NCBI GenBank assembly: GCA_963720755.1
Contig: CAVRGP010000002.1
Span: 96,001 to 160,000, forward strand
Source of the DNA: an uncultured Chloroflexia bacterium
Lineage (GTDB): Bacteria; Chloroflexota; Limnocylindria; Limnocylindrales; CSP1-4
Reading direction: 5' to 3'
Length of the DNA stretch: 64,000 nt
Below are positions 39,901 to 48,586 of the stretch, in pieces. Both the position numbers and the translations under genes were made by a program. The stretch's first letter is position 1. Every line of letters starts with the position of its first letter. Under the pieces are notes generated by a model that was given only the letters and a program-made list of their open reading frames with translations, was not told the DNA's origin and searched no databases.

Positions 39901-42298
39901 CTTCGCCGATGCCCGGCTTCCTGATGGGTTCACGCCGTCGGCATGGGGTTCTGACTTCAACCCGGAGTACCCCTCGGAGGATCGGCAGCAGATCCTGGTC
40001 TTCGACCACGCTGGGGCGTCGGCCGCGATCGACGCGGGATCCCACGCCTTCGCCTGGCGGCTGCCCGGCGTCATCGCCGGGGCATTGACCGCCGCCCTGC
40101 TCTACCTCCTGACTCGGATCCTGTTCCGCCGCAGACTCGTGGCCGGCCTCGTGGCGCTCTTCGTCATCGCCGACGGCATGTTCTTCGTCCAATCCCGGAT
40201 CGGCATGAACGATGTCTACGTCGGGCTGTTCATCGTCGCCGCCTACACCCTGTTCGCGATGGTCTGGACAGGTTGGTGGCGAGGCCGCTCCGCGTTCTGG
40301 CTGGCCATGCCGGTCATCGGGGTCCTGCTCGGGCTGGCACTGGCCAGCAAGTGGGTCGCGGCCTATGCGATCGGCGCCCTCGTGCTGCTGATCCTCATCC
40401 GCAGCGCGCTCGGTCGGGTGCTCGCCATCCTCGGCATGATCGGGATCACGACGGTCCTGGGCTACATGGCCATCAGCGTCGCCGCCATCGAGGGCGGGCC
40501 GGACCCCGGGTTCGGGAACCTGACCTTCCTGCTGATCATGATCGCGCTGACTCTGCTGGCCGTCGTCGTGGCCGTCGTCCACCCGATCGCCTGGACCGAC
40601 GACGAGATGCGTTTCGCGGTCGGAGCGCCGGCCGTTCTGGGGGCATTGGTCTTCTTCGGGGCCGTCGGGACGGGTCGGATCGATTCGACGATCGCCATGG
40701 GGCCGCTGACCGTCACGCCGTTGCTCATCGCGATCGCCCTCGGGCTCGGATCGGTGGTGGTCGCCGTCCTGTTCTTCCTCGGTGGACGGATCGGGTTCGG
40801 TCCCCTGGCGTCTCCACCGGCCGACGACGACCCGATCCGGCTGCTCGACCCGCCCGGCACGCCCCCGGATGGCTGGCTCCGGCCCGGCTGGCTGTTGGGC
40901 CTGCCGGTCGTGTGGGTGGCGATCTGCATCCTCATCCTGCCGCTCGCCGTGTATGTCATCACCTACATCCCGTGGGCCCTCATCGAGAACCACCAGATCG
41001 TCCCTGGCTGGCCGCCCGGTCACACCGGCCAGACCCTCCTCGACCTGACGGGGCAGATGTACGGCTATCACAACGGCCTGACGGCGGCGCACCCCGCGTC
41101 CTCGCCCTGGTGGGCCTGGCCGATGAATCTGAAGCCGGTCTGGTTCTACCAGCAGAGTCTGGCGGCCGGAACGTCGGCCGCGCTGTACGACGCCGGCAGC
41201 CTGGTCATCTGGTGGATGAGCATCCCGGCGATGGCGTTCGTCGCCTACATGGCGTTCAAGCGGCGGAGTCTGGCCCTGACCCTCATCGCGATCGGGTTCG
41301 CCGCCCAGTGGATCCCATGGGCGCGGATCGATCGGGCCGCCTTCCAGTACCACTACTACACGTCGTTGCCGTTCCTGGTGATGGCCCTGGCCTACTTCGC
41401 CGCCGAGCTGTGGCACGGCGCCTCACGGCACACCTGGGCGCTGGCCCGGGCGGCCGGTGCCATCGCGATCGTCGCCCCGGCCGGCCTGTGGATCCTCGAC
41501 CGGCCCCTCTGTGCGATCGTCGGCGTCGACTCGGTCAACCCGGGCTCAGCCGCCTGCCCAGCCGTGATCCCGGACTTCGTTCTCACGGCCAGGACCGCCG
41601 GCCTGGCCCTGGTCGTCGGGATCGGTCTGATCATCATCATCCGGCGGTTCCTCGCGTTCGATCAGGCTGACGATGGCAGTGGCGACGGGGGCCAGCTCAC
41701 GGAGGCGTTCCGGTCACTCGTCTGGACCGGCCTGGCCGTCATCGCCGGATTGATCGTCGTGGCCTTCCTGCCCGACACCCCGATCCTGGTCCTGACCAGC
41801 GTCCCGGTGGAGCCGATCGCGCTGATCGTCGCGATCCCGCTCGGGTTCCTCGGCCTGCAGGTGTTCGCGTCAAGAGACGCACATCGGTTCGTGGTCGGTC
41901 TCGGCGTCGCGGTCGTTGCCTGGTTCGCCATCCTGTACCCGAACATCAGCGCCCTGCCGCTGCCCGCTGCCGTCGTCGCGGCGTACCAGGGCATCCTGCC
42001 GACCTATCTGTACGCCTTCCAGTTCCCGGTCAGCACGGTCACCCGGGCGACGGACACCCCCCTCCTGACGCCCATGCTCCTGGTCCTGCTGATCGCCCTG
42101 ACAGTGACCTGCCTGGTGGTCGCCTATTCCGCCTGGGTCTGGCGACTGACGCTGGCCGAAGCGAGAGCCGCGTCGGTGCCGCCGACGGATCCGACGCGTC
42201 CGCCGGCCCGGACGACCTGGCCCGGACCGGCAACGCCTGAGGGACGGCGGCCCGGAAGTCCGGCGGCAGCTGCCCGCCGGCCGCGAGACGGCGGATGA
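36902..42298 (+). CDS. Giant GT-C fusion: mannosyltransferase-like domain plus PMT-family protein O-mannosyltransferase with a large extracytoplasmic insert (true stop probably 42240)
   Basis: N-domain: DYTPGYLY, DSVVWGQVDS, KPQ, HERY. PMT motifs: FDEVYH, THPHLAK, FAWRLPG, SRIGMNDVY, SKW, HPASSPWWAWP, YHYY. Confidence 0.82.
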   Translation: MTGPQTRGTERDTRAPLPVTGTQGAVGAVLVVLALGLVLRLIIAYLLPGSGFEVDLGAFRYWASNLASEGLNGFYARDFFHDYTPGYLYVLWLVGIVGNAAGGVGDLIKLPPILSDLAIGWLAWSMVRELGGRDRLALAAAAVAVLNPISWFDSVVWGQVDSFGVVFLLLGLRELWRDRPERAAIFTVIAAVIKPQLGILIPVVAVVTIRRALWPAGGHGDPARTGRPIRILTTGLVGYITAVVVCFPFGLSVIELSSQAPYVSSGLLQQVAVAAGGYPYLTVNAFNPWALVPSDLGQSLANAGLWVCDYAGTAQDCGAGTAVFGPIPAVVIGTTLLLAAMAVILAVIARRPDRLTLLVGMAVLALAFFVVPTRVHERYGYPFFAMGVILAAISLRWRIAYIVLSVATFANMYVVLTTLYPNNPSIADWLGLGPAIRSEAGVVAVSVLHAVAFAWAFVQLRSDARARLAEELVDASTVDVPEPTDDIPAGLPSPEDRALRPTPASSSPVVVATMPTWTPRPSFEEVGILGWFRARLADPPIRPDRSSTLRSEGGGRLDRLDLWMVVVLVIGTMLLRTYRLEQPYQMHFDEVYHARTATEFLQDWRYGLSHDIYEWTHPHLAKYLMAAGIVAWGGDHVGATSELGVPVVDAVVEPRRLDQLSPGGRAGERLYVATGTEVRAYDLRSRELVAVITAPGAVSLAIDESADLLVIGGSDGQLSTVNLFDIGQYRLDSDLKPIEVANVGHPIDHLVVTDDGSTVVAASDERLTAVDPFDGTIHGSMDLPGIADLSPGGTGSAIVASVDDVGDPTAAASALAAVMATNGSADAEASLAADYETRLAGAASGTTVVLGDPGSGDVRTALDDAIAAGSLPGISVGSVSRIAAATSDGVAFIDPARVSLVTTILLDGGAHGLAMVTGLDDPKIYATYGDAAAPGYQVITVGGAQADAGPTAGSSHPLPGLGSLVTYDPASQMVHILGHAPAPAGDAWTVYVVEPHGNAVFADARLPDGFTPSAWGSDFNPEYPSEDRQQILVFDHAGASAAIDAGSHAFAWRLPGVIAGALTAALLYLLTRILFRRRLVAGLVALFVIADGMFFVQSRIGMNDVYVGLFIVAAYTLFAMVWTGWWRGRSAFWLAMPVIGVLLGLALASKWVAAYAIGALVLLILIRSALGRVLAILGMIGITTVLGYMAISVAAIEGGPDPGFGNLTFLLIMIALTLLAVVVAVVHPIAWTDDEMRFAVGAPAVLGALVFFGAVGTGRIDSTIAMGPLTVTPLLIAIALGLGSVVVAVLFFLGGRIGFGPLASPPADDDPIRLLDPPGTPPDGWLRPGWLLGLPVVWVAICILILPLAVYVITYIPWALIENHQIVPGWPPGHTGQTLLDLTGQMYGYHNGLTAAHPASSPWWAWPMNLKPVWFYQQSLAAGTSAALYDAGSLVIWWMSIPAMAFVAYMAFKRRSLALTLIAIGFAAQWIPWARIDRAAFQYHYYTSLPFLVMALAYFAAELWHGASRHTWALARAAGAIAIVAPAGLWILDRPLCAIVGVDSVNPGSAACPAVIPDFVLTARTAGLALVVGIGLIIIIRRFLAFDQADDGSGDGGQLTEAFRSLVWTGLAVIAGLIVVAFLPDTPILVLTSVPVEPIALIVAIPLGFLGLQVFASRDAHRFVVGLGVAVVAWFAILYPNISALPLPAAVVAAYQGILPTYLYAFQFPVSTVTRATDTPLLTPMLLVLLIALTVTCLVVAYSAWVWRLTLAEARAASVPPTDPTRPPARTTWPGPATPEGRRPGSPAAAARRPRDGG

Positions 42299-43392
42299 CG
42301 AAGCCGTAGTAGTCCTCCACCTTGGCCGTCACCCGCGGCCAGCTGAATTCCTCGGCCCGGACGCGTCCGGCGGCGCCCATCTGCGCCCGAAGGGCCGGGT
42401 CGTCGAGCAGGCGCCCGATCGCGCTGGCGAGCTCCTCGGGTTCCCGGGGCGGGACGAGCAGTCCCTCGCGGCCGCGTCGGACGACGCCCTTGTACCCGTG
42501 GATGTCCGAGGCGACGATCGGGGCGCCGGCGGCCATCGCCTCGAGCAGGACGATCCCGAACGACTCGCGACCCGTCGCCGGCGCGACGTACACGTCGGCG
42601 GTCCGGAAGAGCTGCGCCTTCTCGGCGTCGGTGACGCGTCCCAGGAACTCGACCGCCTGCAGACCGCGGGTCGCGACGTACCGGCGCGCCTCCCGCTCCT
42701 GCGGGCCGGAACCGACGACCAGGAGGCGATCGCGGTAATCCGGCCTTGCGGAGGATCCGATGTGCCTTCAGCAGGTCGAGCAGCCCTTTGCGTGGCTCGT
42801 GGCGACCGACGAACAGGACATTGGGCGTGCCGTCCTGCCAGCGGGCGACCGGCACCGCTCCCGCGAAGCGGGGGATATCGACGCCGTTGGGGATGACCTT
42901 GTAGTCGCCGGGGAAGAACCGGTCGATGAAGTGCCGCGCGGCGGCACTCACGGCGATGCGGCCGTGGAGCTTGGCCGCATGTCCCTTCATGACCCGGCTG
43001 CCCAGCTCGTAGGACGGAGAGAAGCCGGCATACGCGTGGAACGTGGCGATGTTGACACTCTTCGATTCGCGCAGCAGGAAGAGCGACAGGAAGGGGACGA
43101 ACGGTTCGTGGAGATGGAGGACATCGAAGCGTTCACGCGCGAGCAGCTCGCGGACCTGGCCGAGATACCGCGGTGAGAAGGTCAGCGTCCCGATCGAGCC
43201 ATTGAGCGGCACGCTGAAGCCCACGCCGATGCGCAGGATGTCACCCTCGGAGGCGCGTTGCGGGCCGTGGCTGGCAGTGATGATGCGGACGTCGTGGCCG
43301 GCCAGCCGGAGGTTCTCGTACAGGTGACGGACATGCTGGGCGACCCCGCCCGCCTCCGGGTAGATGTACGGACAGACCAGGCCGATCTTCAT
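42124..43392 (-). CDS. pimA: PimA-like GT4 phosphatidylinositol alpha-mannosyltransferase, with two compensating 1-bp frameshifts in this sequence
   Basis: N-terminus MKIGLVCPY..GGVAQHV, then LHLHEP, ATFH, GRIAVS, IPNGVD and EPRKG. The C-terminal ESFGIVLLEAMAAG motif lies in a shifted frame after about 42738. Confidence 0.78.
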   Translation of the reverse strand: MKIGLVCPYIYPEAGGVAQHVRHLYENLRLAGHDVRIITASHGPQRASEGDILRIGVGFSVPLNGSIGTLTFSPRYLGQVRELLARERFDVLHLHEPFVPFLSLFLLRESKSVNIATFHAYAGFSPSYELGSRVMKGHAAKLHGRIAVSAAARHFIDRFFPGDYKVIPNGVDIPRFAGAVPVARWQDGTPNVLFVGRHEPRKGLLDLLKAHRILRKAGLPRSPPGRRFRPAGAGGAPVRRDPRSAGGRVPGTRHRRREGAALPDRRRVRRAGDGSRVVRDRPARGDGRRRPDRRLGHPRVQGRRPTRPRGTARPAPGTRGARQRDRAPARRPGPSGADGRRRTRPGRGIQLAAGDGQGGGLLRLRHPPSRGRRAAAAGLPGRRPSGVAGPGQVVRAGGRVGSVGGTDAALASASVSRQTQAE

Positions 43393-44210
43393 CGACTCGG
43401 CCCATCCCCGGGACCGGGCGCCATGAACCGGGGAGGTCGCTGACGACCGCCCGGATAGCCATGATCGCGACCGGTCCCGTCGCGTCGGATCCGCCCGATG
43501 ACCTCGTCGCGGGCGTCGCGGCTGCGTTTCCGGAGCTGCTGTCCGAACGTGCCGAGCTGGCCGACCGTGGCGTGGAACGTGCCGCCATGCTCGGTCGTGC
43601 CGGCGAGGATCGCGCGCCGAAGGTCGTCGGCGTCCTGTCCGGCGAACGTCGTCCAGCCCGTCCCGATGGCCTCGAGTGCGTGGGCATCGCTGTTGCCGAG
43701 GTGGGCGAGACCGTGATCGTCGGCGAAGCGCACGACCCGACGATGGAGTGGCCGGCCGAGGCTGGTCGGGTTGAACGTCTCGAGTCCATCGGGGTGGGCG
43801 CCCGGGTCAGGATCATCGAGGAGCCGACGAAGGGTCCAGGCCTGTGCGCACAGCGGATATGGGACGAGCGGGTGCGCCGGGATCGCCAGCCCGCCGGCAT
43901 CGTGCACGGCGAGGATCGTCGTCCGCATCGATCGGTACGGGCGGATCGGGCGGTCCAGGAAGAGCCCCAGCAGATGACCGCCAAGGGTCGTGATCTCCTC
44001 GCCGACCACGACGTCGACCCGGAGTCCACGGTCCCGGGCCATCGACCGAGCCGCGACGGCGGCATCGATCCGCTCATGGTCGGCGATCGCGATGACGTCG
44101 AGGTCGGTCTGCCCCTCGACGTGCTCGAGGATCTCCTGGATCCCGGCCGTGCCGTCGCTGGCGAGCGTATGGATGTGGAGGTCGGCCCGACCGAGGCGAT
44201 CGATGGTCAT
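43389..44210 (-). CDS. PHP-domain phosphoesterase
   Basis: Motifs DLHIHTLASDG, IADHE, GEEI, GHLL, AHP and NSDAH; start and stop overlap neighbours on both sides. Confidence 0.88.
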   Translation of the reverse strand: MTIDRLGRADLHIHTLASDGTAGIQEILEHVEGQTDLDVIAIADHERIDAAVAARSMARDRGLRVDVVVGEEITTLGGHLLGLFLDRPIRPYRSMRTTILAVHDAGGLAIPAHPLVPYPLCAQAWTLRRLLDDPDPGAHPDGLETFNPTSLGRPLHRRVVRFADDHGLAHLGNSDAHALEAIGTGWTTFAGQDADDLRRAILAGTTEHGGTFHATVGQLGTFGQQLRKRSRDARDEVIGRIRRDGTGRDHGYPGGRQRPPRFMAPGPGDGPSR

Positions 44211-45160
44211 GCCGCGACCCCTGCGTCGGCGAGGCCCGGGTCGGATCCAGCCTCGAGATCCGGCCAGATCGGGAAGAAGATGGCCCACCATTGGTCGGGC
44301 GCGTCGGCGATGAGGTCCTCGAACGCGGCCGCGAGATTGAGCATCGTCGCCATCACCCGCTCACGGCGAGTCCCGGACGTCGGCACGTCGATCGGGAGGA
44401 TCCGACCCCGGTAGGAGCCGGACCCGGCCCGTCGAACGGCCATCCCGTAGACCGGCACCCCCGCTTCGACCGCCAGGATGGCCGGACCCATCGGCAGCAT
44501 GGCCGGGGACCCGAAGAGCGCGATCGGCGTCCCGCCGCCGGTCAGGTCCCGGTCGCCGACGAGACCCACCGGGATGCCCTCGCGCAGGGCGTCGATGAGT
44601 GCCCGTCGAGCTTCCCGCAGACTGACGAGGCGGACCCCGTGCACGCCTCGGGTCCGTTCGAAGTACGCCTGGACCCCGGGATCGTCCACGGTCTCCATCG
44701 GGATCACCGTCGAGCCAACGCGAAGCGCGAAGTAGACGACCGGCAGTTCAAGCGACCCGAAGTGAAGACCGACGAACAGGACGGCCTGGCCCGGCTTGAC
44801 CGCCTCCTCGATGAGCTCAGGCGTATCCAGCTGCAGGCGTTCGTCCACGTATTCCCGCGTGATCGCCGGCGTCCGGGCGACCTCGAGGTAGTAGCGGGCA
44901 GCGTGGCGGAAGGACGATCTGACGAGCCGCTCGAGTGCCTTGGGGTCGGTCGCCGCCGCCCGGACCCGAGCACTTCCGCGACCGGAACCCGCCAGCGACC
45001 GACAGACGCGCCGAAGGTTCCGTCGTGCCTGGTCGGCGCGGCGCGGTGCCAGCCGGTACCAGACGTCACCGGCCAGATCGGCGACGCGCATCAGCGGTCG
45101 TTCGGGCAGCCGGCAGGCGAGCCACGACATGGCCAGCAGGAGGCGGCCCCGGACGGTCAC
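44207..45160 (-). CDS. PatA-like (lipid A/PIM) acyltransferase, copy 2
   Basis: Motifs ARYYLE, LHFGSLE (HX4E), LVGDRDL and PDQW. Confidence 0.82.
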   Translation of the reverse strand: MTVRGRLLLAMSWLACRLPERPLMRVADLAGDVWYRLAPRRADQARRNLRRVCRSLAGSGRGSARVRAAATDPKALERLVRSSFRHAARYYLEVARTPAITREYVDERLQLDTPELIEEAVKPGQAVLFVGLHFGSLELPVVYFALRVGSTVIPMETVDDPGVQAYFERTRGVHGVRLVSLREARRALIDALREGIPVGLVGDRDLTGGGTPIALFGSPAMLPMGPAILAVEAGVPVYGMAVRRAGSGSYRGRILPIDVPTSGTRRERVMATMLNLAAAFEDLIADAPDQWWAIFFPIWPDLEAGSDPGLADAGVAA

Positions 45161-46242
45161 CCGGGTGTCGCCTCGGTCGATCCGTCGACCCCCGTGGGTG
45201 CCGTGGAGGCGGTCGCAGACGCGTCGCCGGGTGTCCGGCCCGGTCCCGGGTCGGGTACGCCCGACTGCATCATCCTGGCGCGGACTTCGAGTTCCGCCGC
45301 TTCGCCGGGGTCGTCCGGCCACATCGGCTTGAAGCTGTACCACTGATATGGGGCGACCCGGATCGCATCGGCCAGTGCATCGGCCATCGCCTGGCTGGCG
45401 CGCTGCAGCTCGGCCGGGTCGCTCGACGGCACGTCGATCGGATCGCGGAACTCGAGGGCGAACGTGCCGTCAGCCTTGCGGTGGATAGCGACCGGCAGGA
45501 TCCGCGACCCCGTCTTGGCCGCGAGTGTCGCCGGTCCAGCCGGCAGCGTCGTCCAGGCATCGAACAGGCGCACCGGGATGCCATCGCTGCGATAGCCCCA
45601 GTCGATCAGCAGACCGAGCATCTCGCGGCGTCGGAGCACCCCGAAGATCGCCCGAAGGTTGCGCCATGGAACGAGGTCGAAACCCCACGCCGCGCGTTGC
45701 CGGCGGAGCAGCTCGAACAGCTCCGGGAATGACGAGTCATCGGCCACGACACTGACCTTCAGGCCGAGTCGCGCGACCGCCGCCGCGATCGCTTCGTTGC
45801 TGCCGATATGAGCGGCCGTGAAGATGAGCCCGCCGGTATTCGATCCATCGCGGATCCGTCGCAGGTCGTCCTCCAGCCGGTCGAGGTCACCGGCCAGCCG
45901 CCCGACCTCGTCCGGCGTCAGCGATGGCAGGCGCATCAGTTCGACGAGGTACCGGCCGTATTCGCGATAGGCATGAAGCGCGAGCGCACGCACCCGACGA
46001 TCGTCGGGCGAGATCCCCAGGACGTGCCCGAAATTGTCGTTCGACCACCGTCGTCGTGCCGGCCAGGCGAGGTACGACCCCTGTGCCAGGAGCCCGACGA
46101 CGACGGCTGCGGGCCCGGCCGGCAGGACGCGCAGGAGCCACGCCGTCGCCCGATAGGCAACGACGGCCGTCCGTTCGACGATCCTCGGCCGAGCCCCGCC
46201 TCGGCGGTGTGGCGCCTCGAGCCGTTTGTCGGCGCTGGTCAC
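45157..46242 (-). CDS. PatA-like (lipid A/PIM) acyltransferase, copy 1
   Basis: Motifs [28 protein letters not shown] and [11 protein letters not shown]. Confidence 0.82.
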   Translation of the reverse strand: MTSADKRLEAPHRRGGARPRIVERTAVVAYRATAWLLRVLPAGPAAVVVGLLAQGSYLAWPARRRWSNDNFGHVLGISPDDRRVRALALHAYREYGRYLVELMRLPSLTPDEVGRLAGDLDRLEDDLRRIRDGSNTGGLIFTAAHIGSNEAIAAAVARLGLKVSVVADDSSFPELFELLRRQRAAWGFDLVPWRNLRAIFGVLRRREMLGLLIDWGYRSDGIPVRLFDAWTTLPAGPATLAAKTGSRILPVAIHRKADGTFALEFRDPIDVPSSDPAELQRASQAMADALADAIRVAPYQWYSFKPMWPDDPGEAAELEVRARMMQSGVPDPGPGRTPGDASATASTAPTGVDGSTEATPG

Positions 46243-47477
46243 TTCGCGGCGGTGGCCACCTTGGCCTTGGTGCCGGCCATCCGCTTGACGGTCTTCTTGA
46301 CCGGCGCTTCCGTGCCGACCAGGGTTTCGTTGTCATCGCCGCGGATGAACGCCTCGACCCGGTTGAACGCGATGTCGTCGTGGATCTGGTGCGGCGGGCT
46401 CTTCATGAAGTAGCTGGACGGCGCGACCAGCGTGCCGGTCAGACCGCGATCGAGTCCGAGCTTGAGGCAGCGGATCGCGTCGGTGATGACGCCGGCGCTG
46501 TTGGGGCTGTCCCAGACCTCGAGCTTGAGTTCCGCGTTGAGCGGCACGTCGCCATAGGTCGTGCCTTCCATCCGGATGTAGCACCACTTCCGATCGAGCA
46601 GCCACGGCACGTGGTCGCTCGGGCCGACGTGGACATCGTCGGGATCCATCTCGTAGTCGAGCATGGACGTGACCGCGTTCGTCTTGCTGATCTTCTTGGA
46701 CTCGAGTCGTTCCCGCTCGAGCATGTTGAGGAAGTCCGTGTTGCCACCGAAGTTGAGCTGGTACGTCCGATCGAGCCGGACGCCACGGTCCATGAACAGG
46801 CGGGTCAGCACGCGATGGCTGATCGTCGCGCCGACCTGGCTCTTGATATCGTCGCCGATGACCGGCAGCCCGGCCGCTGCGAATCGGCGCTGCCAGTAGG
46901 GCTCGCGGCCGATGAACACCGGGATGGCGTTGACGAAGGCGACGCCCGCCTCGAGGGCCTGCTCGACGTACCACTTGGTGGCCTGCTCGCTCCCGACCGG
47001 GAGGTAGCTGACCATGACGTCGACCTGGCGCTCCTTGAGGATGCCGACGATGTCGGCCGTGGGGCCGGGCGCCTTCTCGATGACCTGGCTGAGGTACTTG
47101 CCGAGGCCGTCGTGGGTCATCCCGCGCTCGACCGGCACGCCCATGGGCTGGACCTGCTGGAAGACGTACGTGTTGTTCGGCTTCGTGTAGATCGCCTCGG
47201 ACAGGTCCTTGCCGACCTTGTTCTTGTCGATGTCGAATGCCGCGACGAACTCGATGTCCTTGACGTGGTAGCCGCCGAGGTCGACGTGCATCAGCCCGGG
47301 GACGAAGTCGTCCTTCTTGGCGTTCTCGTAGTAGTAGCGGCCCTGGACCAGGCTGCTGGCGCAGTTGCCGACCCCGACGATGGCGACCCGGATCTTGCCG
47401 TCGCCGCGCCGGCCCGCGCCGGCCCAGGTGTTGGTCGGCTTGGCGCCGTCCTTGCCGTTCTTGCCGTTGGTGCTCAC
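46239..47477 (-). CDS. ino1: myo-Inositol-1-phosphate synthase (actinobacterial/archaeal type)
   Basis: Motifs [48 protein letters not shown] and WDSPNSAG. Confidence 0.96.
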   Translation of the reverse strand: MSTNGKNGKDGAKPTNTWAGAGRRGDGKIRVAIVGVGNCASSLVQGRYYYENAKKDDFVPGLMHVDLGGYHVKDIEFVAAFDIDKNKVGKDLSEAIYTKPNNTYVFQQVQPMGVPVERGMTHDGLGKYLSQVIEKAPGPTADIVGILKERQVDVMVSYLPVGSEQATKWYVEQALEAGVAFVNAIPVFIGREPYWQRRFAAAGLPVIGDDIKSQVGATISHRVLTRLFMDRGVRLDRTYQLNFGGNTDFLNMLERERLESKKISKTNAVTSMLDYEMDPDDVHVGPSDHVPWLLDRKWCYIRMEGTTYGDVPLNAELKLEVWDSPNSAGVITDAIRCLKLGLDRGLTGTLVAPSSYFMKSPPHQIHDDIAFNRVEAFIRGDDNETLVGTEAPVKKTVKRMAGTKAKVATAAK

Positions 47478-47492
47478 GATGGTCCGTTCTCC

Positions 47493-48185
47493 TTACTTGG
47501 ACGGGATGTGGGAGGCCGACTTGGCCTGGCTGCGGACGTGGAGGATCCGCTGGATGACGGTGATGATGGAACCGATGGTGATGATGCCCAGGGCGAGGAA
47601 CAGGGCATCCACGCCGAGCGGGGTGGCGAGACCGCCAGCACCTGCCCCATCGGGGATATCCCAGCTGGCGCCGAGGATCCCGGCGAGGACGAGGCCGAGA
47701 CTGAGGATGATCAGGCGCACTTCCCGTGGCATGACGCCGACGGCCGCCATCCCGGTCCCGGCCGTGAAGCCGAGCCCGTCGGACTTGGCCCGTGTATAGC
47801 TGACCATGACGGCCGATCCCATGGCCGCAGCGGCCCATAGCGTGCCGTCGGCGACGCCGACCGCCTGCAGTCCGGCGACGATCCCGATGTAGACGACCAC
47901 TTCACCGGCCCGATCGAACACGCTGTCCATGAACGCGCCGAGGTTGCTGACCTTGCCGGTCGCCCGGGCCAGCGTGCCATCGAACATGTCGAAGACGCCG
48001 CCGAGGAACACGACGAGGCCGCCGAGGAGCCAGAGCTGCGCGGCGACGAGGACCGCACCGACGACCGTGATCCCGAAGCCGATGAGCGTCAGCCCGTCCG
48101 GCGTCAGGCCGAGGCGGCCCATCCCGAGCGCGATCGGCTCGAAGACCTTCTTGATCCGGCCACGGGACTCGTTGGAGATCGTCAT
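47493..48185 (-). CDS. pgsA: CDP-alcohol phosphatidyltransferase, probable phosphatidylinositol-phosphate synthase
   Basis: Motif DMFDGTLAR...GAFMDSVFDR, plus MVSYTRAK; adjacent to ino1. Confidence 0.85.
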   Translation of the reverse strand: MTISNESRGRIKKVFEPIALGMGRLGLTPDGLTLIGFGITVVGAVLVAAQLWLLGGLVVFLGGVFDMFDGTLARATGKVSNLGAFMDSVFDRAGEVVVYIGIVAGLQAVGVADGTLWAAAAMGSAVMVSYTRAKSDGLGFTAGTGMAAVGVMPREVRLIILSLGLVLAGILGASWDIPDGAGAGGLATPLGVDALFLALGIITIGSIITVIQRILHVRSQAKSASHIPSK

Positions 48186-48197
48186 CCTGTCGGGCGC

Positions 48198-48533
48198 CTA
48201 GCTCGCGAAGCCGAGGACGGCGCGCTCGCGCGCGGCGAACTCCACGAACGCCTCTTCCCGGAGGCGACAGACGGTCTCACGACCCTTGCGACGGGTCTCG
48301 ACGACGCCCGCGGCGCGCAGGCGGCCGAGGTGCCACGAGACGAGTGGCTGGCTGAGTCCGACGTGGGCGATGAGTTCCGCGACGGTGGCATCGCTCTCTG
48401 CGAGGCGGCGGACGATCCGCAGCCGGTTCACGTCGGCCATGACCTTATGGAAGGCGCGCAGCTGGCGGAGGTCTTCGGGCTGGGCGACGGCCGCGGCGAT
48501 CGTGCTGCGGACTCGGACGGGCGAGGGGGACAC
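48198..48533 (-). CDS. ArsR/SmtB-family transcriptional regulator
   Basis: Pattern ADVNRLRIVRRL...TVAEL...LSQPLVSWHLGRLRAAGVV; GTG start after GGAG (ATG at 48590 is the alternative). Confidence 0.9.
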   Translation of the reverse strand: MSPSPVRVRSTIAAAVAQPEDLRQLRAFHKVMADVNRLRIVRRLAESDATVAELIAHVGLSQPLVSWHLGRLRAAGVVETRRKGRETVCRLREEAFVEFAARERAVLGFAS

Positions 48534-48586
48534 GGTGACGGCTCCGGATCGGTGACGAGTCGAGATCGAGGTGGGGGATCGCGGTC

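Noticed and set aside
44207-46242. Lipid A lauroyl/myristoyl transferases (LpxL/LpxM)
   Set aside because: Same superfamily, but the context is inositol/PimA genes and no lpx/kds genes are present.
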